In this document: positions 52,100-62,210 of the stretch, piece by piece
Position numbering within the stretch: the stretch's first letter is position 1
Layout of the letters: each line of letters starts with the position of its first letter
Origin: Schmidtea nova
Taxonomy: Eukaryota
DNA: 64,000 nucleotides
Direction of reading: 5' to 3'
NCBI GenBank assembly: GCA_044892505.1
Contig: CM097884.1
Coordinates: 60,140,001-60,204,000, forward strand
The notes under the pieces: generated by a model
Seen by the model: the letters and a program-made list of their open reading frames with translations, nothing else
Told to the model about the DNA's origin: nothing
Database searches by the model: none
Position numbers and translations under genes: made by a program

Positions 52100-54053
52100 T
52101 ATTAACTCACCAGTTTTTCCAATTTAAGTGTCAAGTTGCTTGTGCTGACTCGTAACACTGCCTGAAGATTTGCGTTGGTGAGAAGTGATCTGTTTTTTGA
52201 CTTATTAATTTTAATCATAGAGAATATCTGCTCACAAATGTAAGTTGATGCAAACAATACAAACATCTTTCATGCAAAGTTTTTCAGGTTTTTAAACTTT
52301 CTGAGTGCAAAGATGCATAAAACTCGATAAGTGGTTTACATTCAAACATCCTCTTTATGAAGGTGTAACCATGTAAACAAACCAGGTCCATTTGCAGTTC
52401 TTCAGTAGTTGTTTCAATTTCAGAGAAAAGGCGAGCTGAGCATATCGAATTGTCCCTCAATTGCCTTAAAATCAGCAAATGTCCTGATAAATTCCTCTTT
52501 TAAAGCCATCAGCAGGGAACTGTACTTTCCTGTTAATACTTTTGTAACAGCTAGTGTTTTCAACAGAGGAAAATGAAAAAAATTTGTTCATTTAGCTGCT
52601 TCACAAAAAGAGTAAGTGTCGATATAAAGGATTTAACTTAAAAATGCAAATCATGAGCAAATACATATTAGCCTTGTATTTTTTTGTTTAGCTCATTCAG
52701 CTTTTGCATTATATCCGTAACAAATGCAAAACCATTTCCTTTGAGGAGTCACAAGAGATGTCTTTTATATTAAAAAACAGGACAATCTCTGCTTTGAGGT
52801 CCCACACCCTCTTTAGTACTTTTCACATGCTTAACCAAAGGACACTTATGTGGTAAAACACAGTAAAATCTGTTTCGATGTCTTCCTGTGGTTCAGTCAT
52901 TGTGCTCTTATTAAATTCACTGCACACACAACTGGATCCATAACATGCTTGAATTTTAAAGAAGACTTACATAGGCTTTCTTGATGAATGGTGCAGTGAA
53001 ATAACAACGCACTGTGTAGTGGAAAATCCTCTTTGATTTCATCATTCATCAATTTCACAAGGCCAGAACATCAGTTGTAATACTAGCCAGTTTATCCAGG
53101 CCTAACTTAGACCTGATTAGACTGTTAATGACACTGTTGTACAGATCTTTTGCAGTCGTAGTGCCTTTGAGACTCCATAGATAACAATTCCTCTACAATT
53201 TCGAAGTTTTCGTCAATTCCTCTTATGTAAATGAGTAACTGAGCAGTGTCCTGAATATAAGTACTCCCATCTAAAGCAATAGAAAACCAATGAAAACAGC
53301 CACTGACTGTTAATAACTGTTCTTGAATATTCACTCCAAATGCATCTATGCAACGAACGATCGTTCTTCGTGACAGAAGTATGGCTTCTATTTTTTACCT
53401 AATTTCAGGACACACAACACTGACCGCATTAACCAAGAAATCTTTATTGACCAATACATAACTAGCCTTCGTCGAGTTCTTTTGTAATGATGACTTTTTA
53501 TCAAACACAGTTTGCTGCTGCTTCAAACCTTTTACCAGATCATTTGCTGTCTTTTGCAGTTCTTGTTTTGATAAATTGTGTCCAAAGTTAGCGTGTCTAG
53601 TTTGAAAATGCAGTTTCAAATTATATTCTTTGAATACAGCAAATGTTTCATGATAAATCAAACATACAAATTTAACACCAACGTTGGTAAATAAATACCT
53701 TTCAGTCCAAACTTGGTTAAAAACATGGCATTCGTCTTCAATTTTTCGCATTTTAGATGGCTTCGAACAACTCGTTTTGGATAATTTCTTTTAGATAATA
53801 AAAGCTAGTATAAATCTAGCAGAGTAGATTATCATGCACAGGCACGTTTTTATCACTTTTGTATCTGGCAGTACATTGTACGCTGGTAGATGTTGCGAGT
53901 CAGTTGCCAGATCAGCCATTTGCAGGTAACATGTTAATGTTACATAGTATTATATAATGACGCATGATGTTATTTTGTAAGATTTTTTTTCAAAAACCAA
54001 GTCCTTTTGGGTCGCATAAAAATGTTATTTGGGCCGTAGTTCGCTCATCCCTG
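52100..54053 (-). mobile_element. hAT (SPIN/GTF2IRD2-like) element, decayed; 5' end intact
   Basis: MRKIEDECHVFNQVWTERYLF...KEYNLKLHFQTRH; FSIALDGSTYIQDTAQLLIYIRG; CEQIFS..KIN..KNRSLLT. Terminus CAGGGATGAGCGAACTACGGCCC on the minus strand at 54053; 3' TIR absent. Confidence 0.85.
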
Positions 54054-54790
54054 GATTATAAGTTCAATTTAACTTCGAAACATAAAATTACACCTCGCTT
54101 ATATTTTTTGGTTTGAAATCAATTAAATTCATTAAAAAAATATAAATAAAAAATAATTGTATTCAAAAATAAAATATCATTCTAAAAATTATTTTAACAA
54201 TATAAATCATGGATGCAAACTCCGGGCCGCTATGTAATTTTTAAAAATTCCTGTTTTAAGGTTGGGTGGTGTCCAATATCACATGCACGCCTATGACTGG
54301 AACTCTTATACACATAAATCCATCACAGGCAGACATTTTAAAACATGTCTCTAATTTCATTGTCAAGACTTCAACGGAATTTTTGCATTATTTATTTTGA
54401 TATAAAGATAATGATGCAGAAAAACATTTTGTGCCAATTAAATTGATTTCACCAATTGATTGCTTTCGTTTCATATTCGTCTCCAAAGTAATTTAGATCT
54501 TATACGGCGCGCGACCCAAGCTTTTGTGCACCCATGATTTATAACAATAATAAATTCATTTAAAATATAATAAAATAGTCTCACTCAAAATAATAAACAA
54601 AAGCTGTATTTATCAAAATTGGAAAAATCTTGGCAAAGCATACAAATAATGATTTCAGAGTTCTCAAATATTTTGATTTATTATCAAGTAAATAGTTTAT
54701 ATTATTTGGTTACCAAAATCCATGTTTCCTGTTAAAATATCAAAAATAAAATGTTGATAGCATTCAATGTGAAAAAGATTGAAAAATCTC
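54054..54790 (+). repeat. ~730-bp dispersed repeat, copy 2
   Basis: See 9650-10370. Confidence 0.85.
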
Positions 54791-55646
54791 AACAAAAAAT
54801 TAAAAATCGATTTAAGAAAATTATTTTCCAAATGCAGTTGTCAATGATAAAAATCTTATTTTTTATATCTATCTTTAAAATTAATTATTGTTTGGGTTTG
54901 TCTGAACAGGCAGGAAATCAAATAAAAAGCACAAAAACTATGTGCAAATCAAAAATACTTAAAATTTATAAATGATAATTAAAGCACAAAAGTTAATTAA
55001 AAATTTGAAAAATTATAAAATATAGATTTAGTTGGAGAAATTGGTATGAGTGTATGCTAAATAGTTAAACGAATCCAAAAATGGTGTCCAAAGGAAATAA
55101 TTGAACAAAATTAATTAAGAATTATTTGGCCTATTGTGAAACCCGAGTCAATAGAAGTAGGGGGATGTGAGCCCCCCAGCACAGGATGAGTTATCGCGCA
55201 CCGCCGATTAAAACAAAATTTTTTTTACCAAAATACTATTGATTTTTGCAAAATACTATTGATTTTTATTTTTTCACACACTGCACTTTTAGTTTTTAAT
55301 ATGTGCTCTAAACTATTTTCGTGAATATTATATACCATTAGACTCGTAAATAAATTCTTTACAAGAATGTATATATATTTTTGTGTAAATATTGATTTTT
55401 CAGTTTTGCACATTTTGCACTTTGACTTTTTTACAAGTTTTATAAATATTTTTCAACATATTTTTACATCATTCAACTCGTAATCGTCTATTCTACAAAA
55501 TCAAGTCATTACTTTTATGAAACTATTTATCTTCAAAATTTTCAATTTTCATTTACTAATTTTAATTATTTTCAAAATATTTTTACATCAATGTATTCAA
55601 CAAGTATGTATAATGTATAAACAAAGTTTTAAATTATTATATTGAA

Positions 55647-56270
55647 ATGGAGTTGCAAAATGATGCTGTTTACCAAATTGTGGGACCTAGTGGTAGTGGT
55701 AAAACGCTTTTTGTATGTAAACTGTTGCAATCAAATTTATTTGTTGAAAAATTCAATCAAATATATTGGCATCAAGGTTCCGAATCTGAAAATGGTTTGA
55801 CACAAACAGAATTTTGTAAAGTCAAAATGAAAATAATCAAGGGTTTTGATAAAGATTGGACAAAGAGATTAAAAAAGAGAGACGTTATCATAATTGATGA
55901 TTTGTTTCAAGAAGCCAACAAAGAAAAAGAATTTAATAATTTATTTACAAAGATTTCTAGACATGTTGGAGTTACAGTTATATTCATAACACAGAATCTT
56001 TTCCAACAAGGTGGAAATCATAGAACACGTAATTTGAATGTACATTATCTGGTTATTTTTAAAAATCCAAGAGATGCAACAGTTATAGATTTTCTTGCAA
56101 GACAAGCATATCCAAACAATAGAAAATTTCTACTTGAAGCATTTCAAGATGCTACCAAAGTTCCTCATGGATATTTATTTCTAAACTTTACTCAGAAATG
56201 TCCAGATGATTTACGAGTCAGAACTGATATATTTAACAAGAATGGTGCGACTATATATAAACAAAGCTGA
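55647..56270 (+). CDS. A32-like/FtsK-HerA DNA packaging ATPase
   Basis: Walker A GPSGSGKT, Walker B VIIIDDL, SRH arginine finger, IFITQN. Confidence 0.92.
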   Translation: MELQNDAVYQIVGPSGSGKTLFVCKLLQSNLFVEKFNQIYWHQGSESENGLTQTEFCKVKMKIIKGFDKDWTKRLKKRDVIIIDDLFQEANKEKEFNNLFTKISRHVGVTVIFITQNLFQQGGNHRTRNLNVHYLVIFKNPRDATVIDFLARQAYPNNRKFLLEAFQDATKVPHGYLFLNFTQKCPDDLRVRTDIFNKNGATIYKQS

Positions 56271-56287
56271 ATAAAAAAAAATGAATT

Positions 56288-56818
56288 ATGAAAATGTCGT
56301 TTCAAAAATTCGTTCTCAAACCTACAAAGAAAACTAATTTAAAGAATTTAATTAGAAAACAAAAGAAGAAGAAGAAGAAGAAGATTATTTCAAACAGAGT
56401 TCCTCCAAAAACAAGTTACACACCTCCAAAAGAGTACGGAATAGCTAGGAAACAACGTATAGAGTTCAAAAAATCTAAACAAATGAAGGTTCCTCGAAGC
56501 TTACCGTATTTTACATCATTGTTAAAGGCACCGAAACAATCGAGAATGACAATTTTACAGTCATTTCCTACATTTGTGATTGATGACTTACTTGACATTA
56601 TAATGAAAGTTGTATATGGAAAGGTGAACATTAGCAATGCCAAGAAACAAGTTTTGAAAAAACACAAGAAATCTCTTTTATCTCTTGTAAATAGCAAGAA
56701 TAGGAAACAAATGAGAAAGATAATGTATAAACAACATGGAGGATTTATTGCTGCATTGATACCGCTTGCATTATCATTATTGGGAGGAGCAGGTTTATTA
56801 GGTAAACCGAAAACATAA
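56288..56818 (+). CDS. Lys-rich basic protein with adenoviral pX-like hydrophobic C-terminus (putative core/maturation substrate)
   Basis: Poly-Lys tracts; ends QHGG-FIAALIPLALSLLGGAG, resembling adenovirus pX MRGG-ILPLLIPLIAAAIG. Confidence 0.65.
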   Translation: MKMSFQKFVLKPTKKTNLKNLIRKQKKKKKKKIISNRVPPKTSYTPPKEYGIARKQRIEFKKSKQMKVPRSLPYFTSLLKAPKQSRMTILQSFPTFVIDDLLDIIMKVVYGKVNISNAKKQVLKKHKKSLLSLVNSKNRKQMRKIMYKQHGGFIAALIPLALSLLGGAGLLGKPKT

Positions 56819-56879
56819 ACAATGGGTGCTAGTCCTTCATTACCTAATTTCAAGGTTGATTTTAAATCAAATTGTTGCA

Positions 56880-57902
56880 ATGGAGAAAATTTGGACAAAT
56901 CCGAAAGATCCAGCCTCTTTCGGCGGAGTAAAAAAATTAAAGAAGGCAGTTCTGAACTCAAAGAAAGAGACTCAAACATGGTTGTCAAACCAATTGGCAT
57001 ACAGTCTAAATAAACCAATGTTGAAAAGGTTTCCTACAAGAGCCTATAAAACATTCGGAATTGATGATTTGTGGCAATTAGATTTGATGGAAATGATTCC
57101 ATACTCAAAGATTAACAAAGGTTTCAAGTATATTCTAACATGCATTGATGTTTTTAGTCGGTTTGCAAGAGCCATTCCAGTAAAATCAAAATCTGCAAAT
57201 GAAATATCATTAGCAATCAACATGTTATTTGATGATGGTCATCCTGATAATTTACAAACAGATTTGGGTAAAGAGTTCTATAACAGTAAAGTGAAACAAG
57301 TTCTAAAGGAAAATCATGTAAATCATTATACTGTTCATTCCCAGTACAAGGCAGCACATGTTGAACGTTTTAATCGTACATTACGTGATAAATTGAAAAA
57401 GTATTTTGTACATCAAGGTAATAAAACATGGATACATGTTTTACCAAAACTTGTACATTCATATAATCATTCACCACATCGTGGATTGAATGGATTGAGA
57501 CCAATTGATGTTTCATCAGATAATCAAGTAGAGTTGTGGTTGTCTCGTAAAAACCCCAAAGTAAAGAAACCAAAGTATAAAATCGGAGAATATGTGCGAA
57601 TATCAAAAATTAGTGCTTCACCATTCATTAAAAACTTTGACTCAAATTGGAGTGATGAAGTATTTCAAATTTCAAAAATTAATACAAAACAGAGTCCTGT
57701 CATGTATAACATTAAAGATTATGACAACAATGAAATTGATGGGAAATTCTATGAACAAGAATTACAGGTTATTCCACCACCTACAGTATTTAGAATAGAA
57801 AAGATTCTAAAGACTAAAGGAAAAGGGAAACATAAACAATATCACGTCAAATGGCATGGTTATCAAAACCCTACTTGGATATCAGAATCTCAGTTACAAT
57901 GA
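56880..57902 (+). CDS. Retroviral-like (rve) DDE integrase with C-terminal chromo-like domain
   Basis: WQLDL, QTDLGKEF, VERFNRTLR catalytic motifs; FRIEKILK...YHVKWHGY..PTWI tail. Likely start ATG 56880 (MEKIW). Confidence 0.93.
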   Translation: MEKIWTNPKDPASFGGVKKLKKAVLNSKKETQTWLSNQLAYSLNKPMLKRFPTRAYKTFGIDDLWQLDLMEMIPYSKINKGFKYILTCIDVFSRFARAIPVKSKSANEISLAINMLFDDGHPDNLQTDLGKEFYNSKVKQVLKENHVNHYTVHSQYKAAHVERFNRTLRDKLKKYFVHQGNKTWIHVLPKLVHSYNHSPHRGLNGLRPIDVSSDNQVELWLSRKNPKVKKPKYKIGEYVRISKISASPFIKNFDSNWSDEVFQISKINTKQSPVMYNIKDYDNNEIDGKFYEQELQVIPPPTVFRIEKILKTKGKGKHKQYHVKWHGYQNPTWISESQLQ

Positions 57903-58924
57903 ATAAAAGTAATTTCTATATGATTTTACCGAGTAATAGTTGCCCATTAATTCATCCAAATAATGAAGCCAGTAACTTTATTGTTGAACTTCAAAATCCA
58001 ATCTATTTGAAAGGTAATTGGGAGGTAGCGTTGTTGGACTTTACATTTGTGTATAATCTATTTCCGTTTTACAGCAAATGTAAGATAGAATATATTCAAA
58101 AACAGATGATATCAGAAGATATTAAAGTAAAAATAAATAATGATCAAATTGAAATGAGAAATCATGAACATACAAATGCAATAATATATATAGAAGGTAA
58201 ATATTTGTACATAAAATGTTTGAAGAAGCCATTTCAAATTTTATTTGAAACGTTAACAGATGCAAAATATCTTGGATTCACACTGTTACGTAACCTTTTT
58301 GATGAAACTGTAAAAATACAACTTGATACTATTTCGCTGCAAACTAAAACTTTGGTGGAATTTAAATTTCAATTACTGTACAATGAAATATCTGAACATG
58401 TGTTTACCTTGAAAGATGAATTATATATTACGGACCTTAATCAACTACAAGTTTATTTAACACAAAATTGTGAAAATATTTTCACTATAGTTGAATTAGT
58501 AAAAGACAAGTTTTTTAAATTCCAAATTAATTCAAAGATTAGTCAAGTTAAATTTGACTCAAATTTGGTAAAAACATTAGGATTATCAAAACAAACTTGG
58601 TTACAAAATGGTCAAGTTAATGAGGGAACAACAAATCCTAAAATAATTAAACTTCATCAACAAATGTTCATCTATAGCAACATTGTTGAACCGATTATTG
58701 TTGGTGATTCTCGTGTTCCCCTGTTAAAGACAGTGTGGATTGAAAAATACGAACAAGATGAAGTAGTGCAAATTGTATTAGAAAATCCAATGTATCTATC
58801 TATGTCAACATCATGTATAAACAATATAGAAATTAACATACGTGATGATTCTGGAAAATCTATAAATTTTTCAAAAGATTCAAAAACTCATTTGACTTTG
58901 CATTTCAAAAAGGTAGATGTCTAA
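57899..58924 (+). CDS. Minor capsid (penton-like) protein
   Basis: FYMILPSNS...ASNFIVEL..PI.L.G.WEVAL and FIYSNIVE..IVGD..VPLL...IEINIRD..G...LTLHF Polinton mCP motifs; ATGA overlap with the integrase stop. Confidence 0.82.
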   Translation: MNKSNFYMILPSNSCPLIHPNNEASNFIVELQNPIYLKGNWEVALLDFTFVYNLFPFYSKCKIEYIQKQMISEDIKVKINNDQIEMRNHEHTNAIIYIEGKYLYIKCLKKPFQILFETLTDAKYLGFTLLRNLFDETVKIQLDTISLQTKTLVEFKFQLLYNEISEHVFTLKDELYITDLNQLQVYLTQNCENIFTIVELVKDKFFKFQINSKISQVKFDSNLVKTLGLSKQTWLQNGQVNEGTTNPKIIKLHQQMFIYSNIVEPIIVGDSRVPLLKTVWIEKYEQDEVVQIVLENPMYLSMSTSCINNIEINIRDDSGKSINFSKDSKTHLTLHFKKVDV

Positions 58925-59306
58925 TCCTGATATTGTTTCGCTTTATAATGGTAGTCAATCAGGTGGTGAATTACCATATTTTGTTGGTAAACAATATGGT
59001 TCTGGATGGTTGCGCACAATAGGTAGATATGCACTTCCAATTCTTAAAAAGATTGGTTCTTTTGGAATGAAAACAGCAAGTGATGTGTTAGTGAAAAATC
59101 AGAAAATTTTACCAACTTTAAAAAGACATGCAATGGAGGAAATTGGTAAAATAATGCCTAGTGCAAAAAAGATTTTCAAACCAAGTGAACCGGAAAAACC
59201 TACACCAAAACCAGTTGTTCCTCGTAGTAAACGAAAAAAGTTTCTTATAAACAAAAGATGGAAAGGTCGTGGAACAATATTTGAAAATGATTTGCGGCAA
59301 AACTGA
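58917..59306 (+). CDS. Small basic Polinton protein with QxGG/QxGxG motifs (core-like)
   Basis: SQSGGELPYFVGKQYGSGWLRTIGRYALPILKKIG; overlaps both neighbours. Confidence 0.7.
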   Translation: MSNPDIVSLYNGSQSGGELPYFVGKQYGSGWLRTIGRYALPILKKIGSFGMKTASDVLVKNQKILPTLKRHAMEEIGKIMPSAKKIFKPSEPEKPTPKPVVPRSKRKKFLINKRWKGRGTIFENDLRQN

Positions 59307-60117
59307 ATTGTCACTTTTTGATCGTCCATCTCCTCAAGTAGTAATTGAACATGGTACATTTGAAGATGTATTTCCTATGAACTCAATTACTGATTCGCGA
59401 AATGATGTAGAATTCTATATTAATGGATCACAAACAGAGTATTTGGACTTGAACGACACACTTTTATCCATTCAATTGAAAGTTGTGGATAAAGACAAGA
59501 AGGATTTGGCTGATGGTGTAGATGTGGTACCGAGTAACTTTATGTTTCATACACTATTTAAAGATGTCATACTTGGATTTAATAACATCAAGATTGAAGG
59601 AGGAAACAATACATATGCGCAGAAAGCTTTGATAGAAACTATTTTAAACTATAATGGAGATACAAAGAGTGTTTCGCTTGCAGCAATGGGTTATGGAACT
59701 AAAGAATTTCGAAAACAATGGATTGCAAAATCAAGATTGTTTTCAATGTGTTCATCGTTACAACTAGATTTCATGGATCAACCCAAATACTTGCTTCCTG
59801 GTGTCAATGTTCACATTCGTCTAAAGAGATCAGATTCAAAATTTTGTTTGGATACAACAGTTGCTGGAGCAGCACCAAAATATCAGTTGATTGATGCAAA
59901 ATTAATGGTTCGTAGAGTGCGAGTTGAATCATCAGTGTTGGTAGGTCATCAGATTGGTCTTAATTCACAACATGCAATTTATCCCATCAAGTCAAAAGAA
60001 ATTGTTGCATTTGCATTAGGCAAAGATTCGTCATCGTTTTATAAAGAACAAATATTTGGTGATAAACGTTTACCAAACTTTATTCTTGTAACATGCAACT
60101 GCAACAATTTCTTTTGA
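59287..60117 (+). CDS. Major capsid protein (double jelly-roll type), C-terminally truncated at the fold-back
   Basis: CGKTELSLF..P..Q..IE, YLDLNDTLL, LF..V.L..N, YLLPGV...IRL.R motifs of Polinton MCP; ends VTCNCNNFF* just past the junction. Likely start ATG 59287. Confidence 0.85.
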   Translation: MICGKTELSLFDRPSPQVVIEHGTFEDVFPMNSITDSRNDVEFYINGSQTEYLDLNDTLLSIQLKVVDKDKKDLADGVDVVPSNFMFHTLFKDVILGFNNIKIEGGNNTYAQKALIETILNYNGDTKSVSLAAMGYGTKEFRKQWIAKSRLFSMCSSLQLDFMDQPKYLLPGVNVHIRLKRSDSKFCLDTTVAGAAPKYQLIDAKLMVRRVRVESSVLVGHQIGLNSQHAIYPIKSKEIVAFALGKDSSSFYKEQIFGDKRLPNFILVTCNCNNFF

Positions 60118-60822
60118 CTTGATGGGATAAATTGCATGTTGTGAATTAAGACCAATCTGATGACCTACCAACACTGATGATTCAACTCGCACTCTACGAA
60201 CCATTAATTTTGCATCAATCAACTGATATTTTGGTGCTGCTCCAGCAACTGTTGTATCCAAACAAAATTTTGAATCTGATCTCTTTAGACGAATGTGAAC
60301 ATTGACACCAGGAAGCAAGTATTTGGGTTGATCCATGAAATCTAGTTGTAACGATGAACACATTGAAAACAATCTTGATTTTGCAATCCATTGTTTTCGA
60401 AATTCTTTAGTTCCATAACCCATTGCTGCAAGCGAAACACTCTTTGTATCTCCATTATAGTTTAAAATAGTTTCTATCAAAGCTTTCTGCGCATATGTAT
60501 TGTTTCCTCCTTCAATCTTGATGTTATTAAATCCAAGTATGACATCTTTAAATAGTGTATGAAACATAAAGTTACTCGGTACCACATCTACACCATCAGC
60601 CAAATCCTTCTTGTCTTTATCCACAACTTTCAATTGAATGGATAAAAGTGTGTCGTTCAAGTCCAAATACTCTGTTTGTGATCCATTAATATAGAATTCT
60701 ACATCATTTCGCGAATCAGTAATTGAGTTCATAGGAAATACATCTTCAAATGTACCATGTTCAATTACTACTTGAGGAGATGGACGATCAAAAAGTGACA
60801 ATTCAGTTTTGCCGCAAATCAT
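60070..60822 (-). CDS. Mirror major capsid protein, shorter truncation (ends EIVAVACYKNKVW*)
   Basis: Identical to the + copy up to KEIVA, then reads the spacer antisense. Confidence 0.8.
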   Translation of the reverse strand: MICGKTELSLFDRPSPQVVIEHGTFEDVFPMNSITDSRNDVEFYINGSQTEYLDLNDTLLSIQLKVVDKDKKDLADGVDVVPSNFMFHTLFKDVILGFNNIKIEGGNNTYAQKALIETILNYNGDTKSVSLAAMGYGTKEFRKQWIAKSRLFSMCSSLQLDFMDQPKYLLPGVNVHIRLKRSDSKFCLDTTVAGAAPKYQLIDAKLMVRRVRVESSVLVGHQIGLNSQHAIYPIKSKEIVAVACYKNKVW

Positions 60823-61192
60823 TTTCAAATATTGTTCCACGACCTTTCCATCTTTTGTTTATAAGAAACTTTTTTCGTTTACTACGAGGAACAACTGGTT
60901 TTGGTGTAGGTTTTTCCGGTTCACTTGGTTTGAAAATCTTTTTTGCACTAGGCATTATTTTGCCAATTTCCTCCATTGCATGTCTTTTTAAAGTTGGTAA
61001 AATTTTCTGATTTTTCACTAACACATCACTTGCTGTTTTCATTCCAAAAGAACCAATCTTTTTAAGAATTGGAAGTGCATATCTACCTATTGTGCGCAAC
61101 CATCCAGAACCATATTGTTTACCAACAAAATATGGTAATTCACCACCTGATTGACTACCATTATAAAGCGAAACAATATCAGGATTAGACAT
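60803..61192 (-). CDS. Mirror copy of small basic protein
   Basis: Identical protein to 58917-59306. Confidence 0.7.
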   Translation of the reverse strand: MSNPDIVSLYNGSQSGGELPYFVGKQYGSGWLRTIGRYALPILKKIGSFGMKTASDVLVKNQKILPTLKRHAMEEIGKIMPSAKKIFKPSEPEKPTPKPVVPRSKRKKFLINKRWKGRGTIFENDLRQN

Positions 61193-62210
61193 CTACCTTT
61201 TTGAAATGCAAAGTCAAATGAGTTTTTGAATCTTTTGAAAAATTTATAGATTTTCCAGAATCATCACGTATGTTAATTTCTATATTGTTTATACATGATG
61301 TTGACATAGATAGATACATTGGATTTTCTAATACAATTTGCACTACTTCATCTTGTTCGTATTTTTCAATCCACACTGTCTTTAACAGGGGAACACGAGA
61401 ATCACCAACAATAATCGGTTCAACAATGTTGCTATAGATGAACATTTGTTGATGAAGTTTAATTATTTTAGGATTTGTTGTTCCCTCATTAACTTGACCA
61501 TTTTGTAACCAAGTTTGTTTTGATAATCCTAATGTTTTTACCAAATTTGAGTCAAATTTAACTTGACTAATCTTTGAATTAATTTGGAATTTAAAAAACT
61601 TGTCTTTTACTAATTCAACTATAGTGAAAATATTTTCACAATTTTGTGTTAAATAAACTTGTAGTTGATTAAGGTCCGTAATATATAATTCATCTTTCAA
61701 GGTAAACACATGTTCAGATATTTCATTGTACAGTAATTGAAATTTAAATTCCACCAAAGTTTTAGTTTGCAGCGAAATAGTATCAAGTTGTATTTTTACA
61801 GTTTCATCAAAAAGGTTACGTAACAGTGTGAATCCAAGATATTTTGCATCTGTTAACGTTTCAAATAAAATTTGAAATGGCTTCTTCAAACATTTTATGT
61901 ACAAATATTTACCTTCTATATATATTATTGCATTTGTATGTTCATGATTTCTCATTTCAATTTGATCATTATTTATTTTTACTTTAATATCTTCTGATAT
62001 CATCTGTTTTTGAATATATTCTATCTTACATTTGCTGTAAAACGGAAATAGATTATACACAAATGTAAAGTCCAACAACGCTACCTCCCAATTACCTTTC
62101 AAATAGATTGGATTTTGAAGTTCAACAATAAAGTTACTGGCTTCATTATTTGGATGAATTAATGGGCAACTATTACTCGGTAAAATCATATAGAAATTAC
62201 TTTTATTCAT
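61185..62210 (-). CDS. Mirror copy of minor capsid protein
   Basis: Identical protein to 57899-58924. Confidence 0.82.
   Translation of the reverse strand: MNKSNFYMILPSNSCPLIHPNNEASNFIVELQNPIYLKGNWEVALLDFTFVYNLFPFYSKCKIEYIQKQMISEDIKVKINNDQIEMRNHEHTNAIIYIEGKYLYIKCLKKPFQILFETLTDAKYLGFTLLRNLFDETVKIQLDTISLQTKTLVEFKFQLLYNEISEHVFTLKDELYITDLNQLQVYLTQNCENIFTIVELVKDKFFKFQINSKISQVKFDSNLVKTLGLSKQTWLQNGQVNEGTTNPKIIKLHQQMFIYSNIVEPIIVGDSRVPLLKTVWIEKYEQDEVVQIVLENPMYLSMSTSCINNIEINIRDDSGKSINFSKDSKTHLTLHFKKVDV

Noticed and set aside
56416-57018. 200-aa antisense ORF and other shadow ORFs in the Polinton arms (57370, 57592, 59099, 59118 and mirrors)
   Set aside because: They lie opposite or out of frame to well-supported genes, have no motifs, and recur only because of the palindrome.
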